From assembly GCA_010093705.1 (NCBI GenBank), contig MU006097.1, forward strand, positions 445,905 to 509,904: DNA of 64,000 bases, in the 5' to 3' direction. Shown here one piece after another: positions 1 through 10,700 of this stretch (within the stretch, counting starts at the first letter, position 1; every line of letters begins with the position of its first letter). The position numbers and the translations under genes are program-made. Below the pieces are notes generated by a model that did not search any database, was not told where the DNA came from, and saw only the letters and a program-made list of their open reading frames with translations. The stretch comes from Patellaria atrata CBS 101060 (lineage: Eukaryota).

Positions 1-1387
1 ACGAAATCGACCGCGGTGTACGGGTTTGAAGAGGGCCCGGTTTCGCGGTCATTGGTGCTGTTCAAGATGAGAATTTTATGCCTGATGCGCGGCGAGGCGA
101 GCGTGGCGCCGACGTCGCGCAGGATCAGTGAGGGCACGATGGAGGTGTACAGCGAGCCGATGCTGTAGATGACCGTGTGCGCGGCGTCCAAGGCCTCGAG
201 GACTTTGGGGTTCGCGGGGGGTCGGATCTCCTGGCCGTACGGGTTGATGTACCAGATGCGCTCGATGCGGGCGGGGAGGTCTTCCTCGTCGGTTTTGGAG
301 AAGGCGATATTGGGTTTGCGGAGAGAGGGGAGGGAGCCGGGGAGGTTGGCGTCTTCGATGCTGTCGTGGGCGTAGGTTTCGTGGGAGAGGGAGAGCGTGG
401 ATTCCGGGAGGCTGGTTGGGATCGAGGGGTGGGAGATGGCGTTTTGGCCGACGATCGTGAGGCCGTTGGAGAGGCCGGCGGAGATGTGGTGGGTGTGGTT
501 TGTGTTTATGGCGGGGAGGACGGAGATTTGGGCCGGCACGCTGCAGATAGTTGATAGGAGGTAGATGGCAGATTCGAAGGAGCCAGTGAAAATGCGGGCG
601 CTTTGTGGTGTTAGGAGGAATGGTACGGTATTGGTTTGTGTATAGGAGAAAGAAGAGAGTGAGAAATGATTATGGGGAAGGGGGATGACACCAGTAATAG
701 AGAGAAATATAGATATTAAGGTAGGGAGAGGGCTAGGGGTAAAGAGTGAAATTGACGGTTGTTGTTGATGGCTTACCCAGTAAGAAACAGATTCCCAATA
801 CTAGCAGTGGAAAAGTTAAAAGCTGACGATGGCCTTATTCGCTTAACTATCTCTAGATTTAGAAAGTTGAGGAAGGATCGTATGAGTTCTTTTCTTGAAG
901 TTGATATATTGGTCCATAACTCATCTCGAGCTTCGACGATATCAAGCCATTCGAGCCGGGCTTTCTGCTTGTCATTGGAAAGCCGATGATTGAAAAATGC
1001 TTTAATAGCAGCTTTATGGACATCTTGTCCATCGTCTCCATCGGCGTTTTCAGGGATAAGACGGACAAGACGGCCTATCAAACGTGGCAATAGCTGTTAG
1101 AAATTTTTATGATTCAGGGCTAGAGAAACAGAAAGACATACTTCTCACGTCGCCAATGCCTACTATGTATTAGAAAAATTCTTTCGAAACGATATACTAA
1201 TCTTACCTGGGCCACCAAAGACTCGGATCAGCTCAGACGAAGAGCCTCCATTATCACTTATAGGTATGACGTAGCTTAGAGAGCACTTCTTAGTCTCTGT
1301 CAAGCTTGTAAAGACATCAACAAGACTGTTCGCTGCACTACCGCCTGAGAATATCACAATGCCCTTTGATTGGACAACTTCATTCAT
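1..1387 (-). CDS. UPF0052 / CofD-YvcK-like protein (YNL011C-type); 3' end runs off the window
   Basis: Exons ~1387-1207, 1159-1142, 1074-777, 600-<1, all with GT-AG boundaries. Motifs IVIFSGGSAANSL, ISDNGGSSSELIRVFGGPGIGDVRSRLVRL, ASIGNLFLTGARIFTGS and IYSIGSLYTSIVPSL match this family. Confidence 0.88.
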
Positions 1388-1918
1388 CTTGAGAGTTGGG
1401 ACGACGACGAGAGAGTGTAGGAATGAGGGAAGATTGGAGATGAAAAGAAAGGAACGATAACAATGATACGCTCATCGGGAGGCTATTTTGGTCTCTGAAC
1501 TACATTTCATATCAAATTCATTTATTTTAGCCACGGTAACTATTGCCATTACTCCTATTACTACTTTACCTCAAGGTAGACTGGTCTCGTATTGAAGGGA
1601 AGAGTCACAGCTCGTCTGTTTCAGCTTTTTTTTCGAAAGCCGATGTAACCCCAAAGGGCACATACCTTAGCATCAGCGGAAATCACATTTCCCTAAGCTA
1701 TTAATTCTCTATAATCTGTAAGTTTGGTAGAAGTTTTCGTTCGATATCAAGACTTTGTACAATGATCGAGCATTTCAAAAAGTCCCGAGAAGCTTGCTCG
1801 TACATACACGACCTGTGCCAAGCCATCAGAGACTCTGCTTGGACTGACCATCCACATCGTGAGCGTTACTGAAGCATTCGTAAATTGTGTTATCTATGCA
1901 CCACACAATGTCGAAATT

Positions 1919-2335
1919 TCACTTTGACCCATCGCTGGCTCCAATACCACCTGTTGATGCAAACAACCCCTCTGCCAACTGTCTTTCGTCACCAAAGTTC
2001 GGGTCCTCTCTCTGTGCCCTTCGTGCCCTCTTCTCTAGTAGACGCTCCCTCCTATCGGATAGAAGTTTGTATTGCCGCTCCTCCACTCCAGTCAACCAGT
2101 ACCCGAAGCTTCCTCCAACTGTCGCGAAGAGCGGATATGCCCAGAGTGATTCTTTCTGGAAGAAGGGACGCATTTCGATGCCGAGTTGCCAAAATCGTAC
2201 GGCGAGGCCTGAAGGTGAAAATATCTATTAGTATTGAGACTATTTAGAGGATTGTGGGGTCACATTTCAGTAGAAGATATTGTGATTGAAGGGGGTAGTA
2301 CCGAAGCCGCTCCAGAAGAGCACTTTGTGAACCAT
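1919..2335 (-). CDS. NADH:ubiquinone oxidoreductase 14-kDa accessory subunit (NDUFC2-like)
   Basis: Exons 2335-2302 and 2208-1919 give MVHKVLFWSGFGLAVRFWQLGIEMRPFF...SLWAYPLFATVGGSFGYWL...LLEKRARR, which closely resembles the fungal complex I 14-kDa subunit. Confidence 0.88.
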
Positions 2336-2807
2336 TGTGTTGCACCTGGAGCAAATTTTTGTCACCAGGAATAGATAGACTCAATTAAGAGATCGAGTCC
2401 TAGATTACTTGAACGATTGAGCTGTTGTTGTGAGGAGAATTGAGGGTCGTTGCGTCGTAGAATGGAGGAGAGCAAAGTTGGAGAGTGCTCGTCTTGTCGG
2501 GGATTGCAGCTTGCGCGACCCGTCGGCAAAACTTGATCTCCGACTTCAGGGCAGTGATGATCCCCTGCCGATCACGTTCAACCAACTAGAACCACAATGC
2601 CCATTCACAACTTTTTTACTTTCTTCAACGATCTAAGGCTGTTACTGCGTTTTAACCCTTATTCACATAGTCGCATGCCTTGGCAAAATCTATCTCCTTT
2701 CTCCCTGCTCTAAGTCCTCCTTTGAACTGTCTTCTATCCTCATTCCTCCTTGGAATAATCTCCTGCATCTACCCGCAAATTCTTTCAAAGAGAACGACAC
2801 CGAAGAC

Positions 2808-4789
2808 ATGGCGATGAAGCATGCGCTCGAAATGGATCTAATTCCTGCGCGCAAAAGGCCGAAACTATCTGAGCTTCCTCTTTCCAGGGATCAACATCAC
2901 ATTGTCGACTCATTGCTTCATACATTCAAGAAGAAAGGCGAATTCGACATTCTTCGCAAGTCAATCTACGCAAAGTTCACTGCTGGGGTATGCATGACTA
3001 TTATTTCCTGGCAAGCTTGTATCTAACCCTATTCTAGGACTCTAAGACTCGACTCGTCTCTGCTCTGGAAGAGCTTACTGAACATGAGATTGACCGCAAT
3101 CCTTCTCTCCTTTCCAAAGACCGTCGCATCGCAGCATCTCTGATAGAAGGTGCTGCTGAACGAAGCGAGATATATCGTGTCGTCCAAGATGATATCAATC
3201 GCTACATAGAGGAGATTGTAGTTCAAGCAGAGGAAAAGATGCGCGCGGTTCGACGGAATGAGGTTGGAGACGAAGAGGCTTTAAAAGAGCAGCGGCTTGG
3301 CGCTAAAACTGATGAGGAGTATGCCCAGGACGCGAAAACCCGGTTAGCAAAGAGGGAACAAGATTATTTTGTTCAACTAAGAAAAGCTGAAGCTGAAGCA
3401 CGGGAAGCGCAAAGAAAATTAGACGAAGAGAGACGACGGTTCATTGAGGCTCAGGAAGCTAAAGAAAAGGAGAAGCGTGAGCGCGAGGAGAAGAGGCGGG
3501 CGGAAGAGCGTGCTCGAGCTGAAGAACGTGAGAGGGAGAAGGAGGAACGTGAACGACGGAGACGACACGAGGAACGCCAAAGAATGGAGGACTATGACCG
3601 CGATCGAGGATATAGACCGAGGGAGTATCGTAGGGAGAGCATAGATTTCGACAAGAAGAAGATTATCACCCAAGTCGATGAGATTAATCTCGAGGATGCT
3701 GCATTACAATTGCTACTTAGAGAAGGTCAGGAGCATGCAAAATCACACAGTCGCCCACAACTCGAGCGCTCGGAATCCATGGAGCCTCCAATGCGTAAAG
3801 CATTACCCCCAAAATCTATTGTGCCACGTGATCCTGCTACTACTCGACTGGCGAAGTTAGACAAGCTCGAAAGGCTATCCGCAAAATCCTCCCCCAGAGA
3901 GCCTAGAGAGACCAAAGTGGGCTCCGAGACCCCAGCACCCGCCGAACCCGACAAAATGGATGTTGATGCCTCTCATGGTGTTAGCGAGAGCAAAGAAAGG
4001 GAAAGATCCAAGTCGCGAAGTCCGCACCCAAGCGAATCACATCGTCGAATGTCGATCGATGATACCCGTTCTGTCCGCGATGAGCACGATAGACATAGCC
4101 GGTACAATGAATCTAGATATAAAACTGGTCGCGATAGAAATTACGACCGTGACGATTACAAAGATCGGTATAGAGATAGAGATGGTGATTACAGACGATC
4201 CTCTTATCGCGACGATAGAGATTCCCGCCGCTACCGCGATAACTCGAAAGAGTCGCGAGCGAGACAAGAGAGGAGCAGATCTCCCAGGCGCAGCTATCGT
4301 GAACGATCAAGGTCGCAGACCCGCAGGCGGCGCTCAAGGTCAAGAAGTCCGAAGGATATTGACCGTTACGTACCAAATTCCGGGCGGGCCAAAGGGGAGG
4401 TTGGCGAACGAGACCGTGAGAGGGAGCGGGACGGTGAGAGAGAGACTCAGGGACATCGAGACAGAGAGAGGGATAGGGATAGAGCTAGGGACCGAAATAG
4501 GGAAAGGGACAGAGACAGGGATTACAGAAGGGAATCTTTCAACCGTGATAGGGATGGTCGGAGACTCGAGTCAGACAGGCCGCAGTTTGTTGAGATCGAT
4601 CGTTATGTTCCGGGAAGCAGTAGTCGGAGGCACGAGCTCATTTCCAAGGAAGATAGGGAGAAAGAAAGAGGTGGGCGTGAGAGGGACAGGGACCGAGATA
4701 GAGATAGGGATAGGTATGAGGATCGCGAGAGGGAGAGGAAGCGTGAGCGCAGCAGGAGTCGAAGTAGACCGAGGAAGGGTTATGATTGA
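2808..4789 (+). CDS. COMPASS Shg1/BOD1-domain protein with long RD/RE/RS-rich low-complexity tail
   Basis: Exon 2808-2987, intron 2988-3037, exon 3038-4789. N-terminal FKKKGEFDILRKSIY...EIDRNPSLLSKDR..AASLIEGAAER matches the Shg1 domain; a coiled coil and RD/RS dipeptide repeats follow. Confidence 0.8.
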
Positions 4790-5519
4790 AATTAGGGATA
4801 TACTGTGCTTTCAGACTTCTAGAAAGGGGTTACTTAAAGGGTTAATTCACCTTTGGATGGGATGTGATCCTGATTGAATATCCTCCTCCGCTTACCAAAA
4901 GCTTTGGATTGTTGAATTCACAATGTTAATTATTCTGTGATTGCGCTCTGGGTCATATAATTGACTATGATTCTGTACAGTACACTTCAGTACGATGGGT
5001 CGATTGTTGCTCCTCACCTCACCAGCCTTTTCCGAGTCGCTTAGTCAGAAGCACGGTTCCGTTCCGTCACAAGCCACGAGTTTATTAAGACCACAAACTA
5101 TCACGAAGCATACAATTTAGATCACATCTACCTTACGTCACAACTTTTCGTATCTGCGAAAAGAGAAAACACGGGTACACTTGTACAAGGATCTGGGCGG
5201 TACAGTTCTCTTCACGCCAATTTCTGACAGTACCTTAAGATATTCAGCCTACCAAAGTTGACCATCGCCATGCTGCGCATAGCCACAACCAAACGATAAC
5301 AGTGGCGTTGTTGCCTTTGGGGGCCAGCCTTGCATGAAGAGTCTTTGCGATATGGTTGTCCCGTTAGCACTACCAGAGTTCATTTGCCAGTCCATTAGGT
5401 TTTGAACTACTGTTTAAAGTAAGTCGGTTCATTCATTCCTCCATTCCTTTCTTCAAAGTCAGTCTGTATCTCAAAAGAGCTATTGTTTCCGTATCCATCC
5501 TCTGGGACGCATCCCCAAT

Positions 5520-6953
5520 ATGGCATCCACCTACATCAACAAATTTCCGCAGCTGGCACCTGATATGCCACTCATCAATGAGCTGTGGGAAGCTATTTCA
5601 AGGGATCCATCATCAATTGAAGCTCGCAAGTTACTCATCGAGCATTACATCGTTATCGGCTGGCTAGAAGCCGCAAGGGATGTTGCAAAAGAACTTTTAC
5701 CAATATGTCCAGACAACAAGGATGTACAAAATTGGATACTGTCACTTAACAAATCTACGGAAGATACGAAGAAAATTCCCCAGGGTTTACCAGTCATACT
5801 TGTAAATCGACAGCTTGAATTTCCTAATGTCGACAATTTGAACTTAGCTCAAACCGATTTGCGTGAAGGGTACGTAGATCTCCAGGCCCGTGCGAAAGCG
5901 CTCAAGAATGATATCGATTCCCTACGTGGCATTTTACAACACAAGAAGCTCCAGCAAACCCTGGATACATTCATTCCCGACTTAAATGCTATATTGGAGG
6001 GGCGAGTATCCACCGTACTTCGTGCCACACCACCAAAGAGCGCTCGACAAGTTGCACGAACTGTCCGGCGACTCGACACAGAAACTAATGATGCTAAAAT
6101 CGGCGATATACCCCCCTCGAAGCATGTTATTTTGAGCTCAAGTCAAGAACTGCAAACAATAGCGCAAGATAAGCTCGCCAACAAGATCCTCGATATTTTG
6201 ATCTCTGATCTTGGGGACGTGGTACGTTGGTTAAGGTCATCTGTTTGTTCGAAACAGAACGGCGAGGATATTCGCGATGGGTTAATGAAAAGAGTTCAGG
6301 CTATTTCTGCCGCTCTACCTTCTGATCTGGAGCACTATGGAAGCAAGGCTCTAATGCACGTTGAACATGAAGTCTTGCGACGTTCTTATGTCAACGAGGA
6401 GACAATGTACGGAGATGCCGTACAAGATATTCCCCGGTCAAATTTCTGGGTCAGCGAGGATGGATATGCCTGGGACATGGAAGAGCTCGCTCAAGCGATC
6501 AGAGTCAATAATGGAGTCATGAGACAACCGCTCAGCAAGCAATTATTTACACCGAATGATGTCAGCGCCATTGTGCAACATCCACTGGGCCGTAACCTTG
6601 CGGCATTGAAACTAGAGCAGGAGAAACTCTCGCAAGGTGTCAGAGCAAAAACAGTCGACGAGATTGAGACCTTAGCTAAAGTTCTCCTCGCCGATATGAC
6701 TGAAACCCAGGTAGAAAGTCGGTATGCCATTGATACCTTTTTGGTTTACATTGCTACTTTGCCCTTGAAAGAACAGGAAACTCTGAACGCTTTGAGGATC
6801 CCTGCCACAGATAGCCACACCGGTCAAGCTTTTGATACGTCTATCGGAGAAAGCATCCGAGACGCCAAAGGGAACCGTACTTGTCTACACAAAACTGGGG
6901 ACCTACTTCAACAAGCCTCCAAATTCCTTCGTCAACAGAAACTAATCCTTTAG
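5520..6953 (+). CDS. Intronless 477-aa hypothetical protein: N-terminal TPR-like helix pair, coiled coil, U-box-like segment, helical C-terminus
   Basis: Uninterrupted ORF. AISRDPSSIEARKLLIEHYIVIGWLEAARDVAKELLPICPDN has TPR spacing. EETMYGDAVQDIP..FWVSEDGYAWDMEEL...MRQPLSKQLF has U-box-like spacing. Domain calls are inference. Confidence 0.8.
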   Translation: MASTYINKFPQLAPDMPLINELWEAISRDPSSIEARKLLIEHYIVIGWLEAARDVAKELLPICPDNKDVQNWILSLNKSTEDTKKIPQGLPVILVNRQLEFPNVDNLNLAQTDLREGYVDLQARAKALKNDIDSLRGILQHKKLQQTLDTFIPDLNAILEGRVSTVLRATPPKSARQVARTVRRLDTETNDAKIGDIPPSKHVILSSSQELQTIAQDKLANKILDILISDLGDVVRWLRSSVCSKQNGEDIRDGLMKRVQAISAALPSDLEHYGSKALMHVEHEVLRRSYVNEETMYGDAVQDIPRSNFWVSEDGYAWDMEELAQAIRVNNGVMRQPLSKQLFTPNDVSAIVQHPLGRNLAALKLEQEKLSQGVRAKTVDEIETLAKVLLADMTETQVESRYAIDTFLVYIATLPLKEQETLNALRIPATDSHTGQAFDTSIGESIRDAKGNRTCLHKTGDLLQQASKFLRQQKLIL

Positions 6954-7717
6954 CTACCGCATCATTGTCTATTGCAATGTGGCTCAGCCATTAAACTGCA
7001 CTTGTACGTTACCAAAGTCATGACTATACCTAGACAAGGCTGTGCACTTTATTTAGCGCAGGGAGTCTTGGCGGAAGCTTTTGTGGTTTTCTACCTCTTA
7101 TAACCACGTTTGAAGTGAACGATTTACAACATTCTTTTAAAGGTTTTTGGAGTATTTTGGTCTGAAAGTTGCTTTCAATATCATTATCAGTGACGATTTC
7201 CCCGTCTCTCACACATCCTTAACTATCCTCTAGAATAAGAAACATTCCCGCCTAGCCTTGCCCCAAGATTCGTGGGGTCAGCCTTGTTCTTTAACATATG
7301 TCAGATTTGTATCTTGAGTCTCTCCTCGATCACCCGTTCCCGCGTCATTAGCTATCTCCCATCTGTACGGGTTCTTCTACATCTATAAAGGCCATTATTT
7401 TACCTGTGTCACGATTTTCGTTCCCCTATCCCTTCACGCTCCGTTAACGTCTACTATACCGGCACGCTATCAAGCCCAAAGTATTAAGAGAGCTATAGTC
7501 TGTACGGTGAAGTCGATTATACAGCTACGAGTCCCTTGCACCGTCCGTCTTTCCGTACAGCAGATTCCGAGACAGATTATAGATGGAACATACGTAACCG
7601 GAAAACTCCAGGGCAGAGTGACCAACGAATATTCTACCCACCCATCTGGCTCGATGCTTCGACTCAATGAGAATGAAAGGCCATGAAGCATAAGAACGTT
7701 GACTTATATTATCGACT

Positions 7718-10700
7718 ATGTTGTCAGCAGCAAAGAGTATGGGTCTACTTCCCGATATGAAGAAAAGGGGGCTATTTTCGAGAAAGACCTCTAGCAATGT
7801 ATGGCATAAGAAGGTGGAGATGGCGACTAATTGCCACAAACCGATACTGAATGTAGATCTCGCAAAAAATCCAGAATTCCCATGGACCACCGTTCAAGAA
7901 ATTACAGAAACATACCTGTCAAGGAAGAAGGAAACATCTTCCTCGGAAAAGCGGGATGCAAAATTGTTGAAGCTTATGCTAAAACACGGAAACCGTGAGG
8001 TCGCACTTGCAGCATGTGCACATCTAGTTTCGCCAGAAACTCTGTTGACCTTTATCAAGGGTAACATACATATGAGCCCATATCAGGCGCCCGCGTATGT
8101 AAGATTAATCGCGGTCGCTAGCTATACGAATCCCCTCGCTGTCGACCAAATGGAACTGTCTAGGGCCCGCTCTCTGAATAAGGTCCTAAGTGCGCCGAGT
8201 CTCTGGGATATTCTCCCACTTCTGGAAACCGAGGTGGTAGCAAGCTCTTTACTACATCCGCAAATCGTTTTCTATGTTCAACGAATATTCTCAACCTTTG
8301 CTCTTGAACTCGAGACATTGGTCAGCAAAGGACAATGGTATGACGTCCATAATATAAACTCCAACTGGTTACGCATAGTATACCAGAACCAAATTAATAA
8401 CTACGCCAGTACCTTACGAGCAGATGTGTTGTTGAATATAGCTCTTCCGTCATGGAAGAAGTATTCAGAATGGAAACCAAATGTCCAACGTCTTCACAAC
8501 TGGACAAAATTCTCGGCAGATCAACGAGCCTTGTTTAAAGACGTATTAGCTTTAGAAGGACCTGATATTCTAGAGGGTGTCCAACCAACTCTCCGCGCTG
8601 CCCTAGTAGCCCGTCAACAGCGGAGTAACCAACCAGGACTTCGTCATGGTGGCCTTTATCTCGAGTTATCCTCCGGAGCTCAAACTGGACTTGAAAAACT
8701 TTCAGAACGGCTCTGCAAATTTATGGATGATGTTTCAACCCAAAGCAAGTATAGCATGGCTCTTTTAGGCCATTATCTTAAGAACGGATTCGATTTAAAC
8801 GCAATAACTCTCTTGGAGGGTGTATTAAAGATTGGGGATAATTGGATTACGGCACGCGTAGTCGAATTCATAAAGTCCACGAATAGAGAATCGAACCAAG
8901 ATATTGAACGTACCATACGCGTAGTTCTAGCGTTAGGACATCCTAAGGCGCGTGATCTGCAGCAGCCTATGTCCCCCCAGATCATTCCAATCGTTTCTGG
9001 ACATATGGAACGCTTAGAAAGAGAATTGATGCCCGGTATTATGGCCCAATACGCGGTGGAAGAAGCTGAGCGGAACCTATATGCTTTTGGGTGCAGGGTG
9101 AGGTTAGTCGCCTGGATGATACCTTTACTCGATGAGTCCTGGCAGGTTTTATTCAGGAACTGGCCCCTAGCAGAAACCCTAGAAAGAACACAAACACTTC
9201 GAAAAGACTTGGCGAGAATGCAAACGGATGATGCCACACGAATAGTTGGCCTTGTAAATCGTTATTGCCGTAGTAAGCTGATCAGACGGCTTCCCACACA
9301 CCCAAAACATACACTCATTATCGAAGCTTTACTGGACTTGTGGCGTTCTACTCAAGATACCGAACGCCGTTCTTTGGCCGTTTTTCTAGCTTACACTTCT
9401 AGATTCGCTGTCGATGCATGTTGTGCATGCATCAAGTCACTCGAAATGCCGGATAACAATTTTATTACTCAGACAGACCGTTTACTAGGGCAGCATGATA
9501 TCACGATTTGTCTTGGACTCGCAAGTCTACTTGCTGAGAGATCCAACTCTTCATCAATTTCGGCTTGGAAGGACTTTCTCCTTCATATCATCGATGATTT
9601 CAAAGGGGATCTCTTGACGTATACGCTGGAGAAATCAGGAGTATCTACGTGGTTCCAGTTTCTGGATGATATAGACCAAGCGTTTCGGGACACCATCCGC
9701 TTAGATACTGAGGATTCCTTAACTACTATTCTAGATCCAGCTCTGCACTTATGGAACATAGAGCTTCTTTCTTATAGGAGTATCCTGATCTGCATTGAAG
9801 GGTTCGACCACTCGAAGAGCGCTCTATACTGCTTTTTGACAGGCTTTAACAATCCACAAAGAGGTGATCTAGTGGCAATCTTAGAGCTCCTGAGAATCAA
9901 TAGTGATGCAGGGATTCTACCTTCATTGGTCACAGTAGTTACCTTTCTTACTACTAATGGTCATAACGCCCAAGTAGTTTCCGAAGCCCTGTCAGCCATG
10001 TTTTTTACCAGACAAGTGTGTTTACGGGAGGCCATTGAAGTTATAGATCTATACCGAAACTACTCCAAAATATTCGCACGCCTAAGACTTTTTAATTTAC
10101 TATTGGATACTGAAAGAGTATCAACAGAGACTCATATGCTCGAGCAGATCGGGAAACTGTTATCAATTCAACAGGAGGATGATACTGAGCTTACAGAAGA
10201 GGAACTAACAGCAGTGATTGCTGATATCACCGACCAATTTGATGCCATCCTGGTGGAAGCTGAGCGACTGGATTCCCTTAGAATCTCATGCCAAAACCTT
10301 GATTCCAGTAGTACTTCGGAAATGTTGAAGACTCTGGGTATTAAGATACCCTCTGCGCTCGAAGACAGCCTTGGCTCCCTACGATACCATTCCTGGAATG
10401 TAATGGATCAGATTAGTGAACATGAGGTGGATCTGTATTTCCCACTCACAGAGTTAACACCATTCCAACGCACCGCAATGGGAATGGGGGAATCAAAGAG
10501 TCTTATATTACGTATTACATTAAATTCAATGAATCTTCCTACCAAATACTGCATCCATTCAGAGAACGGCTCAGATAGCTCGTTAGGGTCGCATTCACAA
10601 TGGAGGGTGGGAGGGTACATGATCCCGGAAGCCCCTTATTGTGAACAGGTAAAGCTGACAAGGGCTACTTACCAATTGTACCGCGACATCTGGAGATATC

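Noticed and set aside
4420..4760. Purine-rich short repeats resembling an array
   Set aside because: They encode RD/RE repeats inside a CDS. There is no repeat-spacer structure, so this is not CRISPR, and the sequence is eukaryotic.
3960..4877. 305-aa alternative-frame ORF (…IEIEIGIG…) overlapping the Shg1-domain gene
   Set aside because: It is a frame shadow of the RD/RE dipeptide repeats, which lack stops in that frame; there is no independent evidence.
6951..7103. TAG-CTA possible readthrough context after the 477-aa ORF
   Set aside because: The extension ends VVFYLL with no PTS1-like tripeptide, and the well-supported context is TGA-CTA.
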